Positions 52,884 through 63,461 of a stretch of DNA of 64,000 nucleotides are shown piece by piece. The stretch is from contig CAVZZA010000003.1 in NCBI GenBank assembly GCA_963779615.1, positions 53,237-117,236 on the forward strand, given 5' to 3'. Made by a program: the position numbers and the translations under genes. This DNA is from an uncultured Nitrososphaeraceae archaeon (GTDB lineage Archaea; Thermoproteota; Nitrososphaeria; Nitrososphaerales; Nitrososphaeraceae). Each line of letters starts with the position of its first letter. Within the stretch, counting starts at the first letter, position 1. The notes under the pieces were generated by a model. It had not been told where the DNA came from. It made no database searches and saw only the letters and a list, made by a program, of their open reading frames with translations.

Positions 52884-53883
52884 GCTTTGTTGCATAACTA
52901 GTAATCAAAAGACTATTTCCATTTGTTTATGCCTTTCCCCTAAGCACGTTATACAAATATACTTTCATTATCATCTCTTTCACCATGTTTTGAAGCTTGG
53001 TAGCAGACACATATTCTCCATAGGTTTTCTTCATAGAAGAGAATGCAGTCTCAGCCATCCATCGCTTCCCATACCTTCTTTTCTTTTTCCATTTGGGTAG
53101 ATCATCTGTTGTTTGCAATTTGGCCTCTCTGTTCCTTATCTTGTTGTTTTTGGGTGAGATGATGGAACTCTTACTTACCCTTATTCCTGGCAGAATGTTT
53201 TTCTCTTGAAGACACTTGAAATTCTCATTGCCATTATAGGCCCCATCTGCCAGGACTGTTTTGATATTGGCAGCGGCGTTATTTTGCTTTAACATGCGGT
53301 CAACCAATCCACACAACACTTTTCCATCATGCACCTTTTCATCAGCCACTTCTAAAGCAAGGATTTCCTTGGTCTTTATGTTCACTGCAAAATGTATTTT
53401 GAGACAGCCTTTCTTTTTTTAACAAACCACTTGTCCCTTAGCCATTGGCCCCTGTTTGTTACCTTGATGCCAGTGCTATCTACTGCTATGATAACATCAT
53501 CATCATCCAATTCACTACTGCTTCTACCACTATCAATGTCAAGGTTGTTTTTCCTTCTGTTGATTTGTGAATAGCTGGGATGGCTTGGCAGGTTCTTTCC
53601 CGTTGTTGCCTTTATGATCCCTTCTGTTTGCCTATAAGGCAGGTGAAAGTAAACCCTGATGCAACCAATAAAAAGAATAAGGGAATTTGGATACCTGTAC
53701 TTTCTGCCTCCCTTCTTTTCATCCATCTCTTCAACCTCGGTATCACGCCATAAATCCAGAAAGTCACAGGCAAATAGAATCTCTCCCCTCTTCTTACCAT
53801 GGACCGGTTATAGGAAGGCCAGTCAGTCAATAATGTTAGTCTAATTTAATCCCAGCTAAATAGATTGAGTCATGCAACAAAGC
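52884..53883 (-). mobile_element. IS5-family element (IS903-like), 1000 bp, frameshifted transposase
   Basis: TIRs gctttgttgcataact / agtcatgcaacaaagc (15/16). Transposase in three frames (MTDWPSYN, VDSTGIKVTNRGQW, LADGAY, RWMAET). Confidence 0.92.
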
Positions 53884-53970
53884 ATAAAAATAACAACATA
53901 TTAAAACTATGAATTATATGGTTCTGTTAACTTATTTATGGTGATATAATGGTTACGAATAATTATTATA

Positions 53971-54625
53971 TTAAATACTTACTCTATCAAAACGGTTATA
54001 ATTTGATGAATTTGTTTCTATAACCTCAAACGTGCATTCTTTGTAATCTATGGGATTTTCTTCATCATGTTCATTGAGAACCATCATCTTGACACTATAA
54101 TCACCTAATGGCGCATCATTAGGAATACCCCAAGTCCAATCAATCCAATCAATTGTTTTTATCCATTTATTCAAAATACCGCTTTTATCATCCGAATTTG
54201 ATATTGTACCTAGGACAATAAGACTTGGCACTCAATCCATTGTTACAAATATTGGGTGTGGTATATGTAAAATTATACAAGTGTTGGTATTTGGGGTCTT
54301 TTAAAGGCACAAAGATTTCATTCATAAAATATCCATTTTTTATCGTTCCTACATATTTAGAGCGAAAAGATATAGAGTCTTGACCTCTCACGTATATTTT
54401 CTTATTGACTATTTGTGCCTCAAATATGGGTTTTCTGAAAAATCTTGGAAAAATTTTTTTGATTATTGTTTTGTCATTTTTATCATTTTTGAATACAATG
54501 CCAGTTAGGATTGTACTAATTGCACCAACCACTCCCAAAATATTGGATATGAGTGCTTCTACTTTGAATACATTGATAAGCACGCCTGTAAAAAAATACA
54601 AATAAGAATAAAATACAAATTCCAA
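53971..54625 (-). pseudogene. Membrane-anchored protein with Ig/MG2-like domain, split by a +1 frameshift at ~54225
   Basis: Track ORFs 54188..54625 (TM anchor) and 53971..54231 (WTWGIPNDAPLGDYSVKM) overlap, offset by one base. Confidence 0.55.
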
Positions 54626-54951
54626 TAATCGCGCCTATCCTCTTTAAATTCAAATTTGTTATTATTGGGTAATAATTTATTCAATAATTATAGTATACCT
54701 TTTGCCTAAGCTATATACTTTGTTTTAGCATTTACCCATACTCAAAGTCGTTTTACCTAACACCCTTTTTTACGCATAAAAGAAGAAATTACTTGGGTCA
54801 ATATTGGTAAATGTTTATCTATAACGCCTTAGTTAAGATCTGTAAATGCATTGGTAATGGTTAATGTAAAGTAGTTGTAGTTATTTTACTTCATTTGTTT
54901 TTTAAAAACAGTATCAAATAAACGATTACTACAATCATCTCGTTTATGGAA

Positions 54952-54985
54952 ACAACCACAATTTGTTTACAACCACAATTTGTTT
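54952..54985. repeat. 17-bp tandem duplication, intergenic
   Basis: acaaccacaatttgttt x2. Confidence 0.9.
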
Positions 54986-55150
54986 ATAAACACAACTGGG
55001 CTACACATTACACAACTGTTAAGCAAGCCAAATTTAAAAATACAACAAAGAAATAAACGTCAATGAATTTATTGCAATTCTGATTTTAACATGTTTCATC
55101 CACTCCATCAACAATAGTTGACAAAAATAAAGGAAAAGACATTTGTTTTC

Positions 55151-56152
55151 TTAAATCAAGTCTAACAGACTTATCACCATAAAGTCGTTATCTTTTAGAT
55201 ATTTCATCTCTGACTTGAATAATTCAAAACTTGTAGTATAAAACCCGCTTGTTGTGTCAACATCATGGTATATTATTATGGGGATTGCACCTATATCTTC
55301 ACCATCATTATACTTGCTTTGGCTTTCAACCACATCGATGAATCTCTGCAACATTTGCTCATCATCATATCCATGGTCTTCTCTTTCAGAGTCATGGCTC
55401 CATCCCATTATGGAATATTTACCATATTTTGCGTTGTCATTCAATGAATGGCAATTTATCTTCTCTTTTGGCAATGAGGAACTAGTTAAACCGCACTTTA
55501 GAAATGCCAGTGGATCGTTACCGGTCCTTGCCATCTCATAATGTTTGGCAACTTCTTTCAGTATATCAGGGTTATCTGAACCCCCATTTTTTGGATACGT
55601 GAATACTTTAACATCCCTAACGTCATTATCTAATAGGCATTTTTTTGAATCACTTATTTCATAAATTGCCATATCCATTGGCATATCTTCAAGATCTGTA
55701 TGACTCATTGAATGAGATGCTATGTCATATCCGTCTTTTTCCAACTGCTGTATATCATGCCAATTCAAATGGTCGCTCATTGAGACATTATTGCATATAA
55801 TAGAAAAGGTAGCAGGATAACCATAGGTGTCAAGTATCTGTTTGGCGTATTTCATTTGGCCTTTCTTCCCATCATCAAACGTAATAATTGCCAATTTTTT
55901 ATCACCGTTGTTTAATGCATCATTTGATTCGTTACCAATGTTTTTGTCTTTGTCTGTTTGACCAAATACAACCATGTAATTAGATTCACTAAATACATTG
56001 GTGGTCACAATCATGCCAGATAAAATTGTAAGTAATATAGATCCCGATAACATGAAGTTAATAAAAACCATCCTTAATCTCTGCTCTCCTCCAAATAGTA
56101 TTTTAGGGTTAGGTTGTCCTTCACAGGGATAGGAAGCTATAAAGAACCACAT
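55151..56152 (-). CDS. Polysaccharide deacetylase (NodB-type) family protein, exported; ATG at 56071 is a plausible alternative start
   Basis: ITFDDG, ATFSII, IASHSMSH, FTYP, IIIYH motifs after a hydrophobic N-terminal segment. Confidence 0.88.
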   Translation of the reverse strand: MWFFIASYPCEGQPNPKILFGGEQRLRMVFINFMLSGSILLTILSGMIVTTNVFSESNYMVVFGQTDKDKNIGNESNDALNNGDKKLAIITFDDGKKGQMKYAKQILDTYGYPATFSIICNNVSMSDHLNWHDIQQLEKDGYDIASHSMSHTDLEDMPMDMAIYEISDSKKCLLDNDVRDVKVFTYPKNGGSDNPDILKEVAKHYEMARTGNDPLAFLKCGLTSSSLPKEKINCHSLNDNAKYGKYSIMGWSHDSEREDHGYDDEQMLQRFIDVVESQSKYNDGEDIGAIPIIIYHDVDTTSGFYTTSFELFKSEMKYLKDNDFMVISLLDLI

Positions 56153-56258
56153 TTTTTGAATTGCATCCCATAGGCGATTCTTTTATTTTTTTGGGGAATT
56201 ATTAAATTTAAAGATATTGCAAATTGTAACAGTTTAAATAAATTTCAAACGTTGTTTT

Positions 56259-58688
56259 TTAATTATTTTTGGTGTCTAGCGGTAGACTAAAAGAAAATGT
56301 TGCACCCTTTCCATCCTCATTGTTTTTTGCCCATATTCTTCCACCGTGGGCTTCTATTATATTTTTTGAGATAAATAGGCCAAGGCCAGTTCCCCTGTCT
56401 GATTTGGTGGCAAATTTGGTAAACAACTTGGGCAGTATTTCCTCATGGATACCACTTCCGGCATCTTTCATTGTTATGACAGCGTACTTTTGGCCATTGA
56501 TGAATTCTTTTTTTAATTCCATATCGATTTTCTCATCTTCATTTGTGAATTTAAATGCATTATCCAATAGATTGGAAACAACTTGGGACACCCTTGATCT
56601 GTCTACCTCAGCTAAAAAGGAATCGAAACTGCCATTTTTACTTAATTGTGCAAAGCCTAGCCTGGTTTTGCATCTTTCTCTGTCGGTTAAATGATGTCTA
56701 CGACTATCTCCAACATTATCCATTATCTGCTTTTCGTATTCTGCCATGTGCTCAAGTAAAAACATTCGGAGATCGACGGTCTCCTTATAAAGACTTAGAG
56801 AGTTTGTTTCAATCCTCGTAATGTCTAAAACATTTGCTGTCAATGATATCAGTTTTTTTGTGTTTCTTATAATAATGTCAACATAACTATTGATTTGGTT
56901 TTTGTTTATCAGTACTTCTTGTGAATTCTCTGATTCATTTTGGTTTATAATCCATTTGAGTGTTTGGGAAATTGCGAGTATTGGCTGGATTGGATTCCTA
57001 AACTCATGTGCCGCGATATGAATAAAGTCTTTCTGGAGTATTTCGTTTTTCTTTAGTTGTTGGTATAGTTCGGTTTGTTCCCACAGGTTTTCAAATATTG
57101 AGACATAAGACAATACGCCTGCTTTGCTGTTTGAGTATGTCGATAACCCTATAGCTTCGTGAAACGTTTCTTTTGTATCGTCCTTTAGCTCCATTACCAA
57201 GGATACTTTTTTGTCAACTACCAGGATGGTAGATCTTGTCTCTAATAACGTTTGGATATACCTTACTTGAACATTGTTGTTGTTGTTGTTTGCGTTGTTC
57301 ATTAAGTAGTTGTGTTTTTCCAGTCTTTCAATCAACTCTACAGTGTTTTTACTTTTAGGAATCAGCACCCTTACTTTTACGCTTCTAGCTGATGAGGCGT
57401 CTATTATCCAGTCAATTAATCCTATTTTGTGCTGTCTTAGAAATGCATTAGAGGTGGGAAGCATTAGCATAATCTCCTTATTTGCCGATCTCAATAAATC
57501 CAAATAGGCATTTTCAGCGTTAGTCGACCTCGATATCACTTCCACCCTTTCAGTATCAAGTCCCCTCTCAATGTCCTCTATAATGTCTATCGCATCAATG
57601 CCATTTTTCCACAGCTCCTCAAATACGGTTTGGTATTGAGTGATGTAAAGACCATCATTGCTTGTAATAATACTGTTAATGGTTTTTCTGCCTTCTTTAC
57701 GATCGATTTTCTCTGCATTTGAAATGAAAACTTTGTCAGTTACTAGAAAGTTTATTGGAGGCAGGTCTCTTACGCTTCTGATTTTGATCCCAATGTCCAT
57801 GAATAGCTTGACCAAAGCCGCATCCTCTTTACAGCTTATATTTGTAATCCACCGTACGCCGTCGTGACATTCCCTGTCATACTTATCCATTATTTCTTGA
57901 TACATTCCGAAAAAGGAATCGTGTAATATTTTCAGCAAACCAGTATCCGAGCAAACTAATATTTCCTCACTGCCTTTACTCAACGACTTTATTTTATTGC
58001 ATATGTCATCTGTATCGTCCAGGACTTTGGTTTCTATTCTTTGGACTCCCTCCTCAATCTCCCTTATCCTTTGTGCTGCAGGTATGGCATTGGCCCAAAA
58101 ACTTTTGAAAACGAGCTGCTGCTGCTCTACTATTTCCTTTACATTGCTATGAATAAGGTGGGATACGGGTTTAGCTTCTTGCAAATTGGCCGTGGCAATA
58201 AATTCAATTTCGGTTACTGCCATTCCCCCTTTTGCACTGTCCATGTGGCGCACCTCTGCTATCTTCATTAGCTCTTTGCAGTAATTGATATTGTGCTTTG
58301 TAATTTCAGATATGTACCGTATTTTGACACCCCTCTTATGCGCGTTTCTAAAACCTTTTCTCAATTGCTCTATGCCCATTGCTATTGTGGGACCATTGGA
58401 GTCTGCATAATTGTCCCATATACTTCTTGCATTGTCTAGTGTTTGCAGAATCAATTCTGTGGTTTTATCTTCACCATAGACAACCATCGTTTTTTCTTTT
58501 AGCGTGGCATTGCCATTGTTATCCATATCACCATTGGAGGTTTCGTGAGTGGCATTGTGGGAATCTTTGTCTTTGTTGTTTAAAGGTAAATTTTCACCAT
58601 TTTCAATGGAATTAAAAGATGATTTATCATATCCATTACCAATATCATCACAGTTTTTTTCTTCATCGATATTGATTTTAAAGTTCAA
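56259..58688 (-). CDS. Cytoplasmic sensor histidine kinase
   Basis: H-box AAHEFRNPI, N-box NLLDNAFKF, G1 DAGSGI, G2 GTGLGL; no TM segment; long N-terminal input region. Confidence 0.93.
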   Translation of the reverse strand: MNFKINIDEEKNCDDIGNGYDKSSFNSIENGENLPLNNKDKDSHNATHETSNGDMDNNGNATLKEKTMVVYGEDKTTELILQTLDNARSIWDNYADSNGPTIAMGIEQLRKGFRNAHKRGVKIRYISEITKHNINYCKELMKIAEVRHMDSAKGGMAVTEIEFIATANLQEAKPVSHLIHSNVKEIVEQQQLVFKSFWANAIPAAQRIREIEEGVQRIETKVLDDTDDICNKIKSLSKGSEEILVCSDTGLLKILHDSFFGMYQEIMDKYDRECHDGVRWITNISCKEDAALVKLFMDIGIKIRSVRDLPPINFLVTDKVFISNAEKIDRKEGRKTINSIITSNDGLYITQYQTVFEELWKNGIDAIDIIEDIERGLDTERVEVISRSTNAENAYLDLLRSANKEIMLMLPTSNAFLRQHKIGLIDWIIDASSARSVKVRVLIPKSKNTVELIERLEKHNYLMNNANNNNNNVQVRYIQTLLETRSTILVVDKKVSLVMELKDDTKETFHEAIGLSTYSNSKAGVLSYVSIFENLWEQTELYQQLKKNEILQKDFIHIAAHEFRNPIQPILAISQTLKWIINQNESENSQEVLINKNQINSYVDIIIRNTKKLISLTANVLDITRIETNSLSLYKETVDLRMFLLEHMAEYEKQIMDNVGDSRRHHLTDRERCKTRLGFAQLSKNGSFDSFLAEVDRSRVSQVVSNLLDNAFKFTNEDEKIDMELKKEFINGQKYAVITMKDAGSGIHEEILPKLFTKFATKSDRGTGLGLFISKNIIEAHGGRIWAKNNEDGKGATFSFSLPLDTKNN

Positions 58689-59009
58689 TACCTAACAATA
58701 CCATATAATAACAATATGATATAAACATATCCATATTTGTTTCCATTTCTGCAAAAAAATGAGTTAAAATTTATCTAATTTAGATTCGCAATATACCTAT
58801 TATTAAACTCCCAGGTCGATTACAATAATGGAGTTAATCAGTTTAATAATATCTATCTGGAGGAGGAGGAAAAGTATGAAAAATCTTAATCTGATATTAT
58901 TTTCAAAATCCCAAATGGGGCATATCATTTATTTATTAAAACACTAGTGATAAAAAAACTACTTTATTTTGATGCAAGTTTAATATGTTACAGGCATTAA
59001 AGATGATAA

Positions 59010-59363
59010 ATGCAAAGAAGTAGACCTTTGGGTGTTACAATAATTGCCATACTTGCTGTTATAGGAGGTATTGGTTCATTATTAAGTGGATTTGCAGTAA
59101 TAGCGATAATACCATTACTCGGTATAATCATTGGGGGGCTTCTCATTATAATTGGATTAGCATATTTTGTTGTGGCTTATGGACTGTGGAAAGGGCTAAA
59201 CTGGGCTTGGAATATAACCTTGATAGTATCTGCAATAGGGATTATCGCGGGTTTAGGATCGATTGCAGTTGGAAATCCAGGAGCAATATTCCATTTAATA
59301 GTCAATTTTATTGTCATTTATTATCTGTACCGACCAAATGTCAAGGCGTATTTTGGAAAATAA
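59010..59363 (+). CDS. Small membrane protein (4 TM)
   Basis: RPLGVTIIAIL...YGLWKG..WAW...YYLYRPNVKAYF. Confidence 0.8.
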   Translation: MQRSRPLGVTIIAILAVIGGIGSLLSGFAVIAIIPLLGIIIGGLLIIIGLAYFVVAYGLWKGLNWAWNITLIVSAIGIIAGLGSIAVGNPGAIFHLIVNFIVIYYLYRPNVKAYFGK

Positions 59364-59796
59364 ATACACCACCATTTTTTATGCAGAACCTTTCCTTTTT
59401 CGTTTACTCCGTGTATCTGTAATTCCGTTAAAGTACGAAATGCAAAGTTTTTGATTTTACTCTTTTTTTAGTAAAGATAATAAATTACTCCATAATTGCT
59501 GTAGCGAGATAATACATTAATCTATTTTGATGGTCAAACTGTAAATAAACAGATCCCTTGCATAATACCATAATGTCCTTATTGGAAAATATCTTTACAT
59601 CATATATTTTGAGATTCCATTTTAAAAAAGACACATCCATGTTTTGTCAAATCAATTGACACCATCATCGCTGCAAAAGCCAATAGCAACAAGAGAAGTG
59701 AGATGTGGTATGGATTTAGTGGAAAAGACATGCAATGCAAATAAAAGATGATTTGGATGGCATTGTGGTTTTCTTATATCTTAATTATAAAATTAA

Positions 59797-60285
59797 TTAA
59801 TCTGCTTTATTTTCACACATTTTTGACATTGCTTCTTCTGCTGCTTTGTTCATCTCTTCTGGACTGAGGTCTTTTACATGAGTAGAAATTGACCATCTGT
59901 GTCCAAAGGGGTCTTCGATGCTACCATGTCTGTCTCCCCAAAATTGATCTGCAACCGGATCCAATACCTTTGCACCTTCGTTAACCGCCTGGTTAAAGGT
60001 TTTGTCCACATCTTCCACATACAAGAATATTCCGCCTGAACTTCCACCTAAAGTTGCAGGTGAAGGGTTTTCCATCTCCGGAATTTCATCTGACAACATT
60101 AATTTGGAATCACCTATCTCAAGTTCTGCATGGGCTAACGCTTTTCCGTCTGGAGTCATCATACGCATTAGTTCTTTGGCTCCAAATGCTTTTTTATAAA
60201 AGTCTATGGCCCTTGCACCACCTTTTACATTCAGGTAGGGTGTAATAGAACGATACCCATCTGGAATTTTTTTCACTTGGCTCAT
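59797..60285 (-). CDS. VOC/PhnB-like glyoxalase family protein
   Basis: TPYLNV...AIDFYKKAFGA...HAELEIGDS...DQFWGDRHG..EDPFGHRW. Start moved to MSQVKK because the track start lies inside the IS6 end. Confidence 0.92.
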   Translation of the reverse strand: MSQVKKIPDGYRSITPYLNVKGGARAIDFYKKAFGAKELMRMMTPDGKALAHAELEIGDSKLMLSDEIPEMENPSPATLGGSSGGIFLYVEDVDKTFNQAVNEGAKVLDPVADQFWGDRHGSIEDPFGHRWSISTHVKDLSPEEMNKAAEEAMSKMCENKAD

Positions 60286-60333
60286 AGATAACTCCATACA
60301 ATTATAGGTTATAAGCATACAAGGGAGTAAAAG

Positions 60334-60998
60334 GGCTCTGTTCACTTAACGAAATCTTATAGCTTGAAGATGCACAATTTCCTTTGTGCACAGTAGAAAC
60401 AGAACACCTTCACAATACATTGGTTATGGCCTGTACTTTTATTTTTCAGGACTCTCCTTAAGAATAGCCTCTGAAAGGCTGTCATCATGCTTTATCAAGC
60501 GAAACCATGTTTCCATCTGGAACTGGATACAATAGCACAACCCAAGGAAGTCGTCCTCAAGTAAAAGGAGGGTTGAGGAGTTTATTGTTGATGGAACATT
60601 GCTTAAGATTGGTTCAGAGTTGGTATGGCTTTGGGTGGCAATTGAGCCTGCCAACAAAGAGATTCTCTCAATAAGCATATCCAAGGAGAGAAACATGTTT
60701 GTGGCCGAGCGTTTCCTGTACCGCCTATTGGAAAAGCATGGGGAGCATCCTGTTTCGACCGATGGCGGAACATGGTATCCGCAGGCCTGTCAGTTTTTGA
60801 AACCAAGGCATCACATGCATTCACCTTATGAGAAAAGCATCATTGAGAGAACAATGCAGTACATCAAGGACAGGACGGAAAGCTTTGATGACTATTTTCC
60901 ATGTAAAAAGAAAAACTGTAAACTCAAGCATGTAAATAATTGGTTGAACCTATTTGCGGATTTGCATACAAGGGATTATCCATTAAATGAACAGAGCC
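60334..60998 (+). mobile_element. IS6-family element with decayed transposase and intact target-site duplication
   Basis: TIRs ggctctgttcacttaa / ttaaatgaacagagcc (15/16); 8-bp DR agtaaaag at 60326-60333 and 60999-61006. Transposase (WLWVAIEP, STDGG, IERTMQ) has a 5' frameshift and an in-frame TAG. Confidence 0.93.
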
Positions 60999-61416
60999 AG
61001 TAAAAGCATAGTTGGATGTTCATGCAATCAATCCACTCAATAGGTCATCAAAAACTTTATTAAAAAAAAAGATATGTTTGATTTAACAAAAGTGTTCATA
61101 AAAACACTTGTTCAAACATTTTCTAAAAACAAAAAATTTTAGCAAATAAATTAACTAGGTTATGCCATAATTTTTATTTTTTTATCAATTTCTGATAGAA
61201 TCCAATCCCTTTTGATAATTGCTTTATGAGGTATAAAGAATTCTACAGATTAACATCTTCAAGCGTGTGAATTTCTTCGATTACCTGATCAAGTTCAAAT
61301 ATACTCCAAGTAACAGTTTGATAATCAATCGAATCCTTATAATGTATCATTGGCAAGGCAACAACAAAGTAAACTCCATGATTTTAAAACAACAAAACTA
61401 TTGATTCCACTTTATT

Positions 61417-61436
61417 CGCCGGGAGTGGGACTCGAA
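61417..61436 (-). other. tRNA 3'-end fragment (T-loop to discriminator), candidate att site
   Basis: Minus strand reads ttcgagtcccactcccggcg; no D or anticodon arm upstream. Confidence 0.7.
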
Positions 61437-61710
61437 TCCATACCGCCCGCTAACAAAAAAATCCATTATAGTTTTTAATTATGAGAGGAGAAAATGAGAT
61501 CTGACTCCGCTATTTGCATTCCGGGGTTTATGCATAATCAAATGAATTCAAATATCATAATCAAGATTTTCTATCTAATCAAGAAAGGGGATTTTATTCA
61601 TCCAAGATTTAATTCATCCAATAGTATTGATATTTTAGTTTTAGTGGCACTGCTTGCCCAATACTATCTATTAAGATATAAAATGTCACAATGAATCAAT
61701 ACTGGTTCCC

Positions 61711-61959
61711 TCAACCATATACAAACTCTATCAAAATTGAATCAGCATAATCTTTTATCTTTAATCTTTTCACCAATATCTCAAGGTCAGTGTCTTTATC
61801 CAAAAGCCTTTTGTCCTTAATTGCTACATATTGATTTTTGTGATATTTTTTGAAATATTCACAATTTGAATAAAACCAATCCAAGTTATCATTTAACCTT
61901 TCCAATTTTTCTGATTCATTTGTTTTATCGGAATTTTTAAAAATTCCTTCTATTTGCAT
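61711..61959 (-). CDS. DUF5678-like small protein
   Basis: NLDWFYSN...Y..QYVAIKD..LLDKDTDL pattern. Confidence 0.6.
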   Translation of the reverse strand: MQIEGIFKNSDKTNESEKLERLNDNLDWFYSNCEYFKKYHKNQYVAIKDKRLLDKDTDLEILVKRLKIKDYADSILIEFVYG

Positions 61960-62122
61960 TGCTATTTTACATTGTTAACAAAGATAAACTTTCCTTTCAT
62001 TTTCCTTTATAATCAATAAAAGAATATTGATTTATCTTAACAATTGTTAAATAAAACGTTCAAAAGTGTTTCGAAATATTCCAGATACTAAATCGAGTAC
62101 TCAATAGCAGGAGGGATTCGTT

Positions 62123-62225
62123 GGCCCTGTTCACCTAAGCGTCTTTAATTCTTCTTATGAACTTCTGCAAACATATTCAACCATGGATTGCACGTCTTAG
62201 TTTGCATTTCTTTTTTTTACTGCTG
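62123..62225 (-). mobile_element. 3' terminal fragment of an IS6 element
   Basis: Minus strand encodes a KKKCKL...WLNMFAEVH-like tail and ends in cttaggtgaacagggcc; similar to 60900-60998. Confidence 0.75.
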
Positions 62226-62563
62226 GGAAAGTTTTGTTGATGTCGGTTAACCCTAGATTAACCTTAAAAACGCCGTTTCCAGAAACATCGTTTGCAAATT
62301 TGGTTATAAATGGCCCATTTATTTTGATGGCAGCCGATACAAAAGAAACAACATTTTCATCATTGCCAGATTATTGCAGTGGCAAAATTGTTGATGCAGT
62401 AAAAGCCAAAAACACAATTGCTGAAAATTTAATTGGTGATAAAACAGTCATTCTAGTGATTCTGTGTGCTATGTTAAAAATTGTTGCTATGAACTTTATT
62501 TTTATTGCATGTTAATTTGTTTCATCGTTTATAATAAATAATTTAAGTGATGTGTGAAAAAGG

Positions 62564-63461
62564 TTAAGGGGACATGGGTGGCATTATCTCTCTAATGGAT
62601 ACAATGGCATAATCGACTTTTTTAAAACCATCTATTCTGGAGGTGAACATCCCACCCCATAATGGAGGTTTGTCATAGTCAACAACTTTTCCGTCTACCG
62701 TACCGCTATCAGTTGCATATACTTGTTCCTGAAGTGGATCCCAATTGTTTTTTGGGTTACCATTATCACAAAAAGGATTCCAATCAACATAATCCCTTGC
62801 TGTTACTGATTGATTATCTTGATTTGTCCAAACCATTGTTTTTCTTCCAATCCATTTGCCTTCTTTTGAATTGTTATTTGCGGCAAATCTTTTAGTTTTT
62901 TTCCCACCATGACCTGGCAAATAATCAGGATGATTATATTCCATATTGGATACTAAGGTATTGCTTCCACCACCGATTTTAAACGCCAACTCAATGCAAC
63001 TCGCTCTCGGATCATGATCATCCGTATGTATTCCTCCCCTCATTTTGGATGAACATTCAGTATGATTTGCTGCTATACCATTTCCATGAACCTTATCATT
63101 AAGCTCTAAAATAATATGTAAATTCTGCATTTCTGTTGTCATTTGAAGTCCATATGAATTGAGGGTTGTCTTTCCATGTATTCTTTTGATCTCCATCCAG
63201 TCCACCGCCTCCATTGATATTGACCCTTACAGTTTTTCCAACAGAATGATCAGAATAATGAACATCGTTTGCTCTAACTCTGTAAAAAGCTATGTTGTTT
63301 TCAGTTTTTCTATCTGCTGAATTATCATCTGTTGAGATAAATATTCCTGATGTTATACCATGTGCATCTGACAAGTAAAATTCAGATCCACCTGGTTTGG
63401 TTTCAAACAACATTTTTACTCCATTTTTATCTAAATTATTGGTCGACACTATAAATTGCAC
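62564..63461 (-). pseudogene. Beta-sandwich protein (possible carbohydrate-binding/lyase-like fold) split by a +1 frameshift at ~63100
   Basis: ...RNAEFTYYFRA joins NDKVHGNG...KMRGGIH...GKWIGRKTMVW...VSIREI if one T is removed from gcttaat. Confidence 0.6.

Noticed and set aside
53920-60998. Composite IS6 transposon from the end at 53920 to the right TIR at 60998
   Set aside because: Flanks do not share a direct repeat, and the IS6 at 60334..60998 has its own complete target duplication.
61405-61500. Intact tRNA gene
   Set aside because: Only the T-loop and 3' acceptor strand are present; no D arm, anticodon arm or 5' acceptor strand.
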